From positions 1-61,378 of the forward strand of contig CALBUI010000075.1 of NCBI GenBank assembly GCA_937968125.1: 61,378 nt of DNA. Reading direction: 5' to 3'. This document shows positions 47,505 through 57,426 of this stretch, one piece after another (positions within the stretch are counted from its first letter, which is position 1; every line of letters begins with the position of its first letter). The position numbers and the translations under genes are program-made. Below the pieces are notes generated by a model. That model did no database searches. It was not told the origin of the DNA and saw only the letters and a list, made by a program, of their open reading frames with translations. The stretch is from an uncultured Anaerolineales bacterium. Its GTDB lineage: Bacteria > Chloroflexota > Anaerolineae > Anaerolineales > UBA4823.

Positions 47505-48598
47505 TCTTCGCTCCTCTCCTGAGCAGCAGTCTCCTCAACAGGCGCTGGTTGGCGTTTTGCAACAGTCTCTGCTTGTGCTTCCTGGCGGGTTAAGCGTTGA
47601 ATGATGGGATAAATCAATCCGTTTTGCCAGAAACGCAGCGTGACCATCAACAAGATACCAAACCCGACCATTCGCCAGGCATTAGTCTGGATCGCCCGCT
47701 CTGTGAGCGCGAAGCCAAGGTTCTCCAAGGCGGGCTTAAACTCTACAATTCGGGGCATCAGAGCCGCGGGAATTGGGATTTGTTGGAGCCACTCCAGCGA
47801 GAAGTGGATGAATATCGCTCCTAAGGTAGCCCCGATTAAACTTTCTATTCCTCCAATCACCGCCATCGCGATCACCAGGCTCATCCGCCCAATGATTAAT
47901 TCGCTGGGGGCGATGAATCCGATGAAATGGTGGTCTACTGCCCCAGCAAGACCGGCTATCATGGCCGTGACTACAAAAGCCATGATTTTGTACCGCACTA
48001 CGTTAACTCCCATCGCAGCAGCAGCTTCTTCGTCTTCGCGGATCGAGCGAAAAAATAGACCGAAGCGAGAGTTCGCCAAAGCATACATAAAAGCCAGTGA
48101 ACCCAGGAGTAAACCAAGAATAAGGTAGTAATACGGCACATAGGATGTTGTCTGGATTAATGGTTCGAGATACAATCCCATTGGGCCACCGGTGAAATCC
48201 AATTCGGCATTTATTGCCAATCGAACAATTTCCGCAAAGGCGATCGTGAATAATGCCAGATAGGTCTTTCGCAGGCGGAGACACAAGAGGCCGATAATCA
48301 ACCCTACCAATCCAGCCACCAAAGTGCCGATAATTATGCCTGAAAGTGGCGACCAGCCTAAATCACGGCCCACAATCCCGCTGAAATACGCGGCTATGGC
48401 CATAAGGGCTATATGTGCGAATGAAAATTGCCCCGCGTAGCCCGCCAGCAACGCCCAGCTGGAAGCCAGGATCGCCCAGAAGTAGGCCTGGGTTGCGACA
48501 AATAACCAGTACTGTTTATCTCTCAAGATCAACGGTAATGCCAATGTAATCGCAATGCCGCCTATGATCAGAACCCATATAACTGGTGAGCGCTTCAT
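47501..48598 (-). CDS. livM: ABC transporter permease (LivM-like)
   Basis: Polytopic membrane protein in the HAAT-family gene order, with overlapping start and stop codons. Confidence 0.75.
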   Translation of the reverse strand: MKRSPVIWVLIIGGIAITLALPLILRDKQYWLFVATQAYFWAILASSWALLAGYAGQFSFAHIALMAIAAYFSGIVGRDLGWSPLSGIIIGTLVAGLVGLIIGLLCLRLRKTYLALFTIAFAEIVRLAINAELDFTGGPMGLYLEPLIQTTSYVPYYYLILGLLLGSLAFMYALANSRFGLFFRSIREDEEAAAAMGVNVVRYKIMAFVVTAMIAGLAGAVDHHFIGFIAPSELIIGRMSLVIAMAVIGGIESLIGATLGAIFIHFSLEWLQQIPIPAALMPRIVEFKPALENLGFALTERAIQTNAWRMVGFGILLMVTLRFWQNGLIYPIIQRLTRQEAQAETVAKRQPAPVEETAAQERSEE

Positions 48599-49539
48599 AG
48601 GTCTCTCCCAAAAAGTCCAGTGGGTTTAATCAACAGAACTAGGGCAAAGATTAATAAGCCGATCGCATCTTTATATGCCAGCGCCCGGCCGGGATCGGGG
48701 ATTAATCCCGCCCCGAGCGATTCGACCACTCCTAATATAAGACCACCCAAGACCGCACCTGGCATCGAGCCCATACCACCTAATACGATCACGATAAAAG
48801 ATTTACCGGAGGCAGGTACCCCCACCCAGGGCACCCAAGAAAAAACTGCCACTAAGACCGCGCCGGACATTCCCGCTAACATGGTTCCTAAGGAAAATGC
48901 CAGGGTATTCATCTTCAGCGGATTTATGCCGACAACGGCTGCTGCCTGTCGATCCTGGCTGACAGCCTGTAATCCGCGTCCGAGCCAGGTTTTGGCCATA
49001 AAGAAAATTGTCGCGCTGATCAAAATCGCGGCTGTGACGGCCGCGATCAAGCGATTGCCGCTGAGGGGAACTTCAAAAATTCTTAGCGTCGTGGCTGTTG
49101 TCACGAGAATGTCTGTGCTTATTTCGGGTAAATCAAAAAATCGGGCTGCTTTCTTGGGAAATGGTCCCACGATGGCGATCATCAGGAACTGCAGGAAGAA
49201 AGCCAGTCCAAAGGTGATCAGGATGGCGTATTCTGCAGGTCGTTCGATTTCCCCCTTGGCTAGAGGCTGCAGGAGCAGACGTTCAGCGATAAACCCGATC
49301 ACGAAAGTAACCAGTCCCGCTATTAGGACAGCAAAATAGGGATGTAAATTCGTAAACCGCTGTAGTACAAAGTAGACAACATAGCCGCCGATCATGTAAA
49401 ACTCGCCATGCGCGAAGCTGACGATGCCCAAAACGGAGAAAATTAAGGTCAATCCTAATGCCATCAGAGCGTAAATTACGCCGATGAGCAGCCCGTTAAG
49501 CAGCAAGTTCAGCATGTATTGGCCGGTAATATCAACCAT
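48595..49539 (-). CDS. livH: ABC transporter permease (LivH-like)
   Basis: N-terminal LLNGLLIGVIYALMALGLTLIFSVLGIVSFAHGEFYMIGGY is typical of LivH. Confidence 0.8.
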   Translation of the reverse strand: MVDITGQYMLNLLLNGLLIGVIYALMALGLTLIFSVLGIVSFAHGEFYMIGGYVVYFVLQRFTNLHPYFAVLIAGLVTFVIGFIAERLLLQPLAKGEIERPAEYAILITFGLAFFLQFLMIAIVGPFPKKAARFFDLPEISTDILVTTATTLRIFEVPLSGNRLIAAVTAAILISATIFFMAKTWLGRGLQAVSQDRQAAAVVGINPLKMNTLAFSLGTMLAGMSGAVLVAVFSWVPWVGVPASGKSFIVIVLGGMGSMPGAVLGGLILGVVESLGAGLIPDPGRALAYKDAIGLLIFALVLLIKPTGLFGRDL

Positions 49540-49740
49540 GCCTGACTCCCGAGGAAATTGTGATAGTTCTTTCTGGTAAGTAGTTAGAACTTGTATGGCC
49601 GGGGATTGGATAAGTGTGATCGGTTGGTTTTACCACCAGAACACATCTACTGTCTCCTTAACCACATAAGATTTATTAAATTGGGGAGAAGGGGCGCCCG
49701 AAAAGCAGACGCCCCTTCGACGTTATGAGTTGCTCTCCGA

Positions 49741-51144
49741 TTACGGTGATTCACCAAATGGAATCAAAAGAGTATCGTGAGTTTGATATTGGGGCGGCCA
49801 GACAACGGCGGCATCGTCCGCGCTCTGTCCTTCTTCAAAGTACTGCAAGAACAGCACGGCCACGTCAGGCCACTGGTGCCACATCCAATCTGGCTGATCG
49901 GCGGGAACTGGATTCTGTGTCCCATATGGGAAATGGTAACGTCCCTGGGCCAGAGTAATGTCAGTTGCTTCAAGAGCCGCGATAATTTCATCTGGATCGA
50001 GCGAACCAGCGGTTTCAATCGCATTCGCCATCAGCATCAATGAGTCATAGGCCTCGAGGGCGTACGATTCTGGGAAGCGATCGAATCTCTCCCGGTATTT
50101 TTCCTCGAACGCCAGGGTGACATCATTTGCCAGAGATGGAACCAGGCCAACTTTGCGGAATGAGCAGTAATTTCCATCCGGCACATTGGTCCAGAATTCC
50201 TCTGAATTGATTGCGACCTGGTTGGCAATGCAGATCGTCTCCGCGGTGGGCATCAGGCCTGCTTCAGCTGCCTGCTGCTCGAAATTGTAAGAGGTTTCTC
50301 CGGTCAGCAGTACCAAAACAGCTTCAGGAGTTTCTCCTGCCTGGATGCGGGCGATTACCGGGGCAAAATCTTGTGTGCCGATATCAGCTGAGAAAGTATC
50401 AGATTCGATACCCTTTGCGGCTAATTGTTCGGTAGTTGCCTCAGCCGCAGGGATGCCGTAATCGCTGTTTTCGGTGACGATGACCACATATTCCAATCCC
50501 AGGGCTTCCAGGTAATTGGCGTCAACTGCGGCCACGATGGAGGAAGCTGGCGCAATGCGGAAGACTTCCTCGTATCCAACACCGGTGATGGTGTCGTTCC
50601 AGGTTTCAGCAAATACTGTCGGGATGTGGTACTTTTTTGACACTTCCTTCATGGCCACACCAGCCGAGCTGTGGTACTCGCCGACAACAGCTGCCACACA
50701 TTCCTGCGTGATCAGGTATTCCATCGCCGCGGTACCGCGCTCTGGCAGGCTGGCTGTGTCGTAAAAGATTACATCCACATCTTTGCCGAGAATGCCGCCC
50801 CCAGAATTAATTTCATCGACTGCGATATTGAAAGCAGTCTGCATAGCCAGACCACCAACAACTGAGCCCGGTGCAGATTGGGGAAGCGTGGCACCGATTT
50901 TAATCGTCTCAACCTCGTCTAGGCTCATTGGCGCGCAGCGCCCCGCAACCGGCGTCGCTTCGACGATTACCTCAACTTCTTCTGTGACCACCACCTCTTG
51001 GGTGACGATAACTTCAACTTGTTCTGTGACCACAACTTCCTGTGTGACCACGACGGTTTCAACGACCGGTTCCGATGCACATGCTGACAAAATAATCGCT
51101 GAAACCACAAGCAAGAATACAGATATATATATTTTTCGAGACAT
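49741..51144 (-). CDS. ABC transporter substrate-binding lipoprotein (LivJ/K-like, periplasmic binding protein type I)
   Basis: Lipobox ILSAC, a V/E/T low-complexity linker, then a type I PBP domain (IKIGATLPQSAPGS...). A hairpin at 49688-49718 lies between it and livH. Confidence 0.75.
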   Translation of the reverse strand: MSRKIYISVFLLVVSAIILSACASEPVVETVVVTQEVVVTEQVEVIVTQEVVVTEEVEVIVEATPVAGRCAPMSLDEVETIKIGATLPQSAPGSVVGGLAMQTAFNIAVDEINSGGGILGKDVDVIFYDTASLPERGTAAMEYLITQECVAAVVGEYHSSAGVAMKEVSKKYHIPTVFAETWNDTITGVGYEEVFRIAPASSIVAAVDANYLEALGLEYVVIVTENSDYGIPAAEATTEQLAAKGIESDTFSADIGTQDFAPVIARIQAGETPEAVLVLLTGETSYNFEQQAAEAGLMPTAETICIANQVAINSEEFWTNVPDGNYCSFRKVGLVPSLANDVTLAFEEKYRERFDRFPESYALEAYDSLMLMANAIETAGSLDPDEIIAALEATDITLAQGRYHFPYGTQNPVPADQPDWMWHQWPDVAVLFLQYFEEGQSADDAAVVWPPQYQTHDTLLIPFGESP

Positions 51145-51272
51145 TTGTCTCCTCCTCTTTAGAAATTATCGAACTTGGACATTGTTGGGTGATACTAGAT
51201 ACCGAGCAAATTATTTGATTGCCTTGAAAATATGACATCACCTCCTTTCGATGAGTAGTACCAGATCAAAAT

Positions 51273-52064
51273 TCACTTATTGCCTATAGAATCCTGAGTG
51301 AGCCCAAATTCGCGAGAAATTTGGTCTGCGGTCTGTATCACTTGCGGGGAAACTTCAACAATGCGAGATCGGGTAAGACGGTAACTGGGACCAGAGACAC
51401 TCACGCAGGCAATAACACTTCCTTCGTGATTGCAAATAGGGGCTGAGATGGCGTGCAAGCCTTCTTCTATTTCGTCGAAGCTCGTGGCGTAACCTTGAGA
51501 GCGCACTTGCTGTAACTGGTGCCGGAGGCTATTCGCATCCGTTATCGTGGCAGGTGTCAGCGTTGGAAGATTAGATGTTAACAAGGTCTCCACTTCATCA
51601 TCTGGTAAGTGGGCTGCGATAACTTTACCTCCTGAGGTGGCGTGAAAAGGTATCTTGTATCCGGTTCCACCAGCACGCACAACTAATCTTCCTCTAAATT
51701 CGATTTGATCCAGGTTGATGATATCGGTATCCACCAAAATGCTAAGACTGGTCGTTTCTTCCAGAGTATCTGCTAGACTACGTAAATGTGGACGAGCGGT
51801 CCGACGGAGATCGCTGTAAACGAAAACCGAATTGGCCAGAGGGATGAGTCTTAGGCCCAGGTGATATAAACCAGTTTCCGAATTTTGAGAAATGAAACCC
51901 CTTGATTCCAGCGTGGTGAGCAGGCGAAATACCGTGCTCTTTGGTAAGTTGACGCGGCGGCTGAGCTCACCAACGCCGAGTCCTGGCTCCTCAGCAGAAA
52001 AGGACTCCAGAATGTCGATGGCGCGCTCTACAGATTGAACGGATGGATTGCGTTTAGTGTTCAT
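51273..52064 (-). CDS. IclR-family transcriptional regulator
   Basis: N-terminal winged helix VQSVERAIDILESF...LGVGELSRRVNLPKSTVFRLLTTLE and a C-terminal effector domain. The start is at the ATG at 52064. Confidence 0.8.
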   Translation of the reverse strand: MNTKRNPSVQSVERAIDILESFSAEEPGLGVGELSRRVNLPKSTVFRLLTTLESRGFISQNSETGLYHLGLRLIPLANSVFVYSDLRRTARPHLRSLADTLEETTSLSILVDTDIINLDQIEFRGRLVVRAGGTGYKIPFHATSGGKVIAAHLPDDEVETLLTSNLPTLTPATITDANSLRHQLQQVRSQGYATSFDEIEEGLHAISAPICNHEGSVIACVSVSGPSYRLTRSRIVEVSPQVIQTADQISREFGLTQDSIGNK

Positions 52065-52442
52065 GGAGCCCCATTTTGTGCCGCAGGATGGAACAGCGTT
52101 CTGTATTATAGCACTTGTCAAACGAGCGCGCAGAGAAAGAATTCAGAAAGTCTGGGATCATTTCTTGCAACGATTGGAGTGGGCGAAGAACAAAACTTTG
52201 GTCAAATGTCATTTACATGGAGAAATGAGCCTTTGCCATTCTCACTTATTTGGGTTGGAAATGCTGCACACTTATTTTTGGCTTTTCTTTTGTGAGACAC
52301 CCAAATTGTGCGAAATATGGTTCTGATATAATCGAACAAGGATCCTTCATTGCAGCAACTTTGGGGAGTTTATTCATGTGGATATTAGTCAGATAGCTTG
52401 TACTTTCAATGGCCAGCAAAGTAACGTAGAGAGCGATTACTA

Positions 52443-54059
52443 ATGGAGCCAGCAGAAATACCCCAACAAGATAGGCAAACAGGCGGGAGCGAAGAGAATT
52501 TTCAATCACAAGATCACCAATCCATAATTGATGACTTGAAGGAGAAACGGGAGAAGCTCCCTGATGAAAGGCGCCTTAAGCGCATCGAAGCCCAAAAAGC
52601 AAAAGGGAAACAAACCGCGAGCCAGCGAATCCGCCTTCTTCTTGATGAAGGCAGTTTCCGAGAGATCGATTCCTTCCAGACGCATCGCCATAGCGATTTT
52701 GGATTAGACAAGAATCGCCATCCTGGGGATAGCGTTGTGGTGGGCTATGGCAAAATCGAAGGGCGGATGGTGTGTGTGTATGCCCAGGATTTCACCATTC
52801 TTGGTGGCTCTTTCTCGGAGGTGCAAGGTCAGAAGGTAGCCAAGATATTAGATCTCGCCATGGACTCAGGTGTTCCCGTGATTGGCCTGATGGATTCGGT
52901 TGGCGCACGAATCCAGGAAGGGGTCTATGCACTGGCTGCTTTTTCTGAACTTTTTTGGCGTAATACACAAGCCAGTGGCCTCATTCCTCAGGTCAGTGTC
53001 ATATTGGGACCCTGTGCTGGTGGATCGGTGTATTGCCCGGGATTAACCGATTTCGTGATCATGACCAAGGGCACCAGCCACATGTTCATCACAGGACCAA
53101 AAGTGATTGAAACCGTCACCCGCGAGGAAGTTGATCTAGAGACACTCGGTGGTGCCATGGTGCATAATTCGGTTAGCGGTGTAGCCCATTTTGCTGCAGA
53201 GTCGGATGCCAATGCTTTGGAGATCACTCGAAAATTAATCACTTATCTCCCCGCTAATAATGCCGAACCCCCTCCAACCATTCCTGCGGAAGATGATCCC
53301 TGGCGGCAGGATATTGATCTCGACAATATTGTGCCAATCGATCCCACAGAAGCGTATGACATGCACATCGTGATAGAGAAGATTTTCGACCAGGGAAGTT
53401 TCTTTCCAGTACATGGGCATTTCGCGCTTAATGCAATTGTGGGTTTTGCCCGCCTGCATGGGCAGGCGGTTGGGGTGGTCGCCAACCAACCTCAGTTCTT
53501 GGCTGGAGTGCTGGATATTGACGCCTCAGATAAGATCGCCCGCTTTGTGCGTTTTTGCGATGCATTCAATTTCCCCATCTTTTCCTTTATTGATACCCCC
53601 GGTTACTTGCCTGGGGTTAGGCAGGAACACGGCGGCATAATCCGGCATGGGGCAAAAATTGTTTATGCTTATTCGGAAGCTACTGTGCCGAAAATCGCGG
53701 TCATCACTCGTAAAGCTTACGGGGGCGCTTATATTGTAATGAGCAGCAAATACATTCGCACAGATCTGGTCTTCGCCTGGCCGACAGCTGAAATTGCGGT
53801 GATGGGCGCCGATGGAGCGTTCAACATCTTGCACGGTACGCATCTTGAAGATAGGGGTGAACACGAAGAAGCGCAGAGGAAATTTAATACCGAATTCTGG
53901 GAGAAATTTTCCACTCCTTACCCCTCTGCCGCTAGCGGTCATGTAGATGAGATTTTGATCCCCTCGGAGACCAGGCCCAGGTTGATCTCCTCATTGGAAT
54001 TGCTCAAGGATAAGCGCGTCGAGTCCCGCCCTAAGAAGCACGGAAATATGCCTCTATAG
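52443..54059 (+). CDS. Acyl-CoA carboxyltransferase subunit (methylmalonyl-CoA decarboxylase alpha / PccB-like)
   Basis: Full-length two-lobe carboxyltransferase (RIRLLLDEGSFREID, GPCAGGSVYCPGLTDF, TRKAYGGAYIVM). Confidence 0.85.
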   Translation: MEPAEIPQQDRQTGGSEENFQSQDHQSIIDDLKEKREKLPDERRLKRIEAQKAKGKQTASQRIRLLLDEGSFREIDSFQTHRHSDFGLDKNRHPGDSVVVGYGKIEGRMVCVYAQDFTILGGSFSEVQGQKVAKILDLAMDSGVPVIGLMDSVGARIQEGVYALAAFSELFWRNTQASGLIPQVSVILGPCAGGSVYCPGLTDFVIMTKGTSHMFITGPKVIETVTREEVDLETLGGAMVHNSVSGVAHFAAESDANALEITRKLITYLPANNAEPPPTIPAEDDPWRQDIDLDNIVPIDPTEAYDMHIVIEKIFDQGSFFPVHGHFALNAIVGFARLHGQAVGVVANQPQFLAGVLDIDASDKIARFVRFCDAFNFPIFSFIDTPGYLPGVRQEHGGIIRHGAKIVYAYSEATVPKIAVITRKAYGGAYIVMSSKYIRTDLVFAWPTAEIAVMGADGAFNILHGTHLEDRGEHEEAQRKFNTEFWEKFSTPYPSAASGHVDEILIPSETRPRLISSLELLKDKRVESRPKKHGNMPL

Positions 54060-54088
54060 AAAATCTTTTAATTACAGGAGATTGCACG

Positions 54089-54379
54089 TTGAGTAGTATT
54101 TCTCAAGGGTTAAGTCTGGGTTTAGCAGGTATTCTGATCACCTTCGCCTATTTTGGGTTGTTGATTCTGGTTATGGTGCTTCTAAGAGAAATCTTCAAAG
54201 TTCCGCCACAAGATAAGAAGCCAGATAAGCAAAAGTCTGCTCAAGATATTGACCGTATGAAGGCAGCTGGTATTGCTGTTGCGATACTGAAATCCAAGGC
54301 ACAACCGGATGCAAGTCTAGGTCACTTACTTGAGACTCCCCCAGGCAGGTGGTGGAGAAGTGCTCGCCATAGGGGATGA
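54089..54379 (+). CDS. OadG/MmdD-like small membrane subunit of a Na+-translocating decarboxylase
   Basis: Single N-terminal TM helix followed by a charged tail, positioned between the carboxyltransferase and the biotin carrier. TTG start. Confidence 0.6.
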   Translation: MSSISQGLSLGLAGILITFAYFGLLILVMVLLREIFKVPPQDKKPDKQKSAQDIDRMKAAGIAVAILKSKAQPDASLGHLLETPPGRWWRSARHRG

Positions 54380-54822
54380 TGATGGATAATTCAAACCAGC
54401 GAGTTGTCGTGAAAGTCAATGGTCAGGAATATTTGGTTGAAGTGGGCGATCTGAATACCACGCCTGTCATCGTAGTGGTTGATGGTCATACCTATGAGGT
54501 AGTTGTTGAAAACCAATCTACTGGCGAGCAATCAAAGCCCACCGCTACCGAGAGTACACCTCCAGTTGAGAAGCCACCAGAAGTACGGAAGTCTGGTACA
54601 GCTCCCGGCGAAGCCCATGTGCTGGCACAGATTCCAGGGGATATCGTCGAGGTTGAAGTTCAACCTGGCCAACAGGTGAGCAGAGGGGATACGCTTTGTG
54701 TTATCGATGCGATGAAAATGAGAAACGAAATTCGTTCGCCTCGCGATGGACGAATCGCACAAGTGGAAGTCAGTATTGGACAGTCGGTAGATTACGGGGA
54801 CGTGTTGATCACCTTCGAGTGA
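54376..54822 (+). CDS. Biotin carboxyl carrier subunit
   Basis: Biotinylation motif CVIDAMKMRNEI in a C-terminal biotinyl/lipoyl domain, with a Pro/Ala/Glu-rich linker. Confidence 0.85.
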   Translation: MMMDNSNQRVVVKVNGQEYLVEVGDLNTTPVIVVVDGHTYEVVVENQSTGEQSKPTATESTPPVEKPPEVRKSGTAPGEAHVLAQIPGDIVEVEVQPGQQVSRGDTLCVIDAMKMRNEIRSPRDGRIAQVEVSIGQSVDYGDVLITFE

Positions 54823-54829
54823 AACCACA

Positions 54830-55960
54830 GTGGATATAGATACTCTCATCCAATTGTTACAGGCTCCCTTGGCCCTGACCTGGAAGAATCTGGTCATGAT
54901 GGCTGTGGGCGGATTGCTCATATATCTGGCGATTGCCAAAGATTACGAGCCAATGCTTCTGTTACCGATTGGTTTTGCAGCCATCCTGACGAACCTGCCC
55001 CTGACGGGGATCGCGGATGCTGGCGAGTATGGTTTTTTAAGCGTGCTGTTTAACGCGGGCATTACCACAGAACTATTTCCACTCTTGATCTTTATTGGCA
55101 TAGGGGCAATGACCGATTTTGGACCACTGCTCGCTAACCCCAAGCTCGCCTTGTTGGGAGCAGCTGGTCAAATTGGCATCTTTATCACGCTGTTATTGGC
55201 ACTAACCCTGGGATTTGATCTTAACGAATCCGCCTCAATTGGTATCATCGGGGCGATCGATGGACCGACAGCGATCTACGTTTCAAACAAACTGGCGCCC
55301 CACTTGCTGGGTCCAATCGCCTTAGCCGCCTATAGTTACATGGCCCTGGTCCCTATCATTCAACCACCTATCATGAGACTGTTGACCACCGACGCGGAAC
55401 GAAAAGTGCGCATGCCTTACATCCAGAGGGAGGTCTCTAAAACTGCCAGGATTCTTTTTCCTATTGTAATCACTATCGTGGTTTCACTTCTGTCGCCGAA
55501 AGCCGCCCCACTGATTGCCACGCTTATGTTCGGCAACCTGATGCGCGAATCGGGCGTTGTGGAGCGGTTGAGCCGATCCGCTCAGAATGAAATCGCCAAT
55601 GTGACCACTATCTTTCTGGGATTGACCATCGGAAGCACAATGACAGGCAATAACTTTGTCCGCTCAGAAACAGTAATGATCCTGGCAATTGGATTATTGG
55701 CTTTCGTGTTGGATACAGTTGGTGGTGTTCTTTTTGGTAAATTAATGTATGTACTGTCAGGAAAAAAGTTCAATCCCTTGATAGGGGCCGCCGGGATCAG
55801 TGCCTTCCCGATGTCTGCTCGTATCGTTCAAAGGGTGGGGCAACAGTACGATTTCGAGAATTTCCTTTTGATGCACGCCATGGGCGCCAATACCGCCGGG
55901 CAGTTAGGCAGCGTGGTAGCAGGGGGTGTGATATTGATCTTAATGTTGGGCATCATTTAA
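54830..55960 (+). CDS. Na+-translocating decarboxylase beta subunit (OadB/MmdB/GcdB family)
   Basis: Polytopic protein with FPLLIFIGIGAMTDFGPLLANPK and GAAGISAFPMSAR motifs. GTG start. Confidence 0.85.
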   Translation: MDIDTLIQLLQAPLALTWKNLVMMAVGGLLIYLAIAKDYEPMLLLPIGFAAILTNLPLTGIADAGEYGFLSVLFNAGITTELFPLLIFIGIGAMTDFGPLLANPKLALLGAAGQIGIFITLLLALTLGFDLNESASIGIIGAIDGPTAIYVSNKLAPHLLGPIALAAYSYMALVPIIQPPIMRLLTTDAERKVRMPYIQREVSKTARILFPIVITIVVSLLSPKAAPLIATLMFGNLMRESGVVERLSRSAQNEIANVTTIFLGLTIGSTMTGNNFVRSETVMILAIGLLAFVLDTVGGVLFGKLMYVLSGKKFNPLIGAAGISAFPMSARIVQRVGQQYDFENFLLMHAMGANTAGQLGSVVAGGVILILMLGII

Positions 55961-56040
55961 GATGAGATTCCGGAGGTTAATCGCCAGCACACATGCCGCG
56001 AGGATCTTGTCCTAATGGTGGCGATTAGGCAGTATGCTAT

Positions 56041-57408
56041 TTACTTGATCTCCTGCCATACTTCGAGAACTACCTCTCGCAACAGACCTACCATCACGTC
56101 AATCTCTGCCTCGGTGATGATGAAGGGTGGCGCGATAAGCAAATGGTCACCACGCACTCCATCCACGCTGCCAGAGCCTGGGTAGAAGATAACCCCCCGC
56201 TCAAAAGCCAGGTCTCCAACTCGACGGTTGAATTGTGCCTCCGGAGGGATCGGGTCTTTTGTCTTCCGATTGGCTACGAACTCAACTCCCCACAGCATTC
56301 CCAATCCACGGATATCACCAACGCAGGGTAGCTCACCCAAATCATCCTTCAGTTTCTGGCCCAGGTAGGTGCCAAGTTTGGCTGCAGCGGTCACCAGGTC
56401 GTGCTGCTCAAGATAATCCAGAGTCACCAGAGCGGCAGATGCTCCGACGGCATGGTGAGAAAATGTGCCCCCGTGGGCAAAGTCTCCGTGCTCGTTAAGT
56501 ACTATCTGGACATCTGAATCCCGGACAGCAGTGATGGACAGCGGGAAGTACCCTGAGGTTACTCCCTTGCCCATCGTGATAATATCCGGTTCTACGCCGA
56601 AGTGCTGAATACCGAACCAGCGCCCGGTGCGCCCAAAACCAGCCATCACCTCGTCCACGATAAGAAACAAGTTGTATTGGTCACAGATCTGAGCTATCCT
56701 GGACCAGTAGCCCTCCGGTGGTACCACAGCCCCGAGTGTGGCTCCCCCCACCGACTCAGCGATGAAGGCCATAACCCGGTCTGTTCCCTGGTTTAGAATC
56801 TCGGTTTCCAATGCTTGCGCGCAGGCCAGGTCACAGGAAGGATAAGTAGCTCCAAAGGGACAGCGATAGCAGTAAGGTGGTGGGATGTGTGGGTGATCGC
56901 GAATGAGCGGAGCGAACGGCGTGCGCATTTTTGGTTTTCCGGTGGCAGCTAAGGCTCCCAATGTTGTACCGTGGTAGGAGCCCCACCGAGAAATAATTAC
57001 CTCACGAGCAGCCTCACCTCGTGCAAGGCTCACCTGCCGGGTGAACTTGAGCGCTGTTTCTACAGCCTCGGACCCGCTGGATAGATAATAGAAGCGGGGT
57101 GTCTCTATAGGTGTAATCCCAGCTAACCGTGCACTGTAATCTTCCATCACGTCGGTCGAGAACATGGTGCCGTGGACGTAGGCGACCTGGGCAGCCTGCT
57201 CGGCCATCGCCTGGGCTATCTTTGCCACGCCGTGACCGATGTTGACTACAGCCGCGCCGCCTGAGCCATCAATATAACGTCGGCCATTTTTGTCCCACAG
57301 ATAAACCCCTTCCCCCCTCTCAGCAAGCGGATGGAGATGTGCCAACCGGCGGTAGAAGATATGGCTATCAGGCATTTCATCCCCTGTCTGGTTTTGATCG
57401 AATCCCAT
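56041..57408 (-). CDS. Class III (omega) PLP-dependent aminotransferase
   Basis: YLWDKNGRRYIDGSGGAAVVNIGHG, SGSEAVETALK, DEVMAGFGRTG and the PLP Lys in TMGKGVTSG. Confidence 0.85.
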   Translation of the reverse strand: MGFDQNQTGDEMPDSHIFYRRLAHLHPLAERGEGVYLWDKNGRRYIDGSGGAAVVNIGHGVAKIAQAMAEQAAQVAYVHGTMFSTDVMEDYSARLAGITPIETPRFYYLSSGSEAVETALKFTRQVSLARGEAAREVIISRWGSYHGTTLGALAATGKPKMRTPFAPLIRDHPHIPPPYCYRCPFGATYPSCDLACAQALETEILNQGTDRVMAFIAESVGGATLGAVVPPEGYWSRIAQICDQYNLFLIVDEVMAGFGRTGRWFGIQHFGVEPDIITMGKGVTSGYFPLSITAVRDSDVQIVLNEHGDFAHGGTFSHHAVGASAALVTLDYLEQHDLVTAAAKLGTYLGQKLKDDLGELPCVGDIRGLGMLWGVEFVANRKTKDPIPPEAQFNRRVGDLAFERGVIFYPGSGSVDGVRGDHLLIAPPFIITEAEIDVMVGLLREVVLEVWQEIK

Positions 57409-57426
57409 TTCTAAACCTTGGCAAGA

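Noticed and set aside
52312-52323. GAAATATGGTTC resembles a LexA box in the mmdA/IclR divergent promoter.
   Set aside because: It has one mismatch in the critical GAAC half-site. The context (an IclR-controlled catabolic operon, overlapping GTTC-N10-GAAC) fits an IclR operator better.
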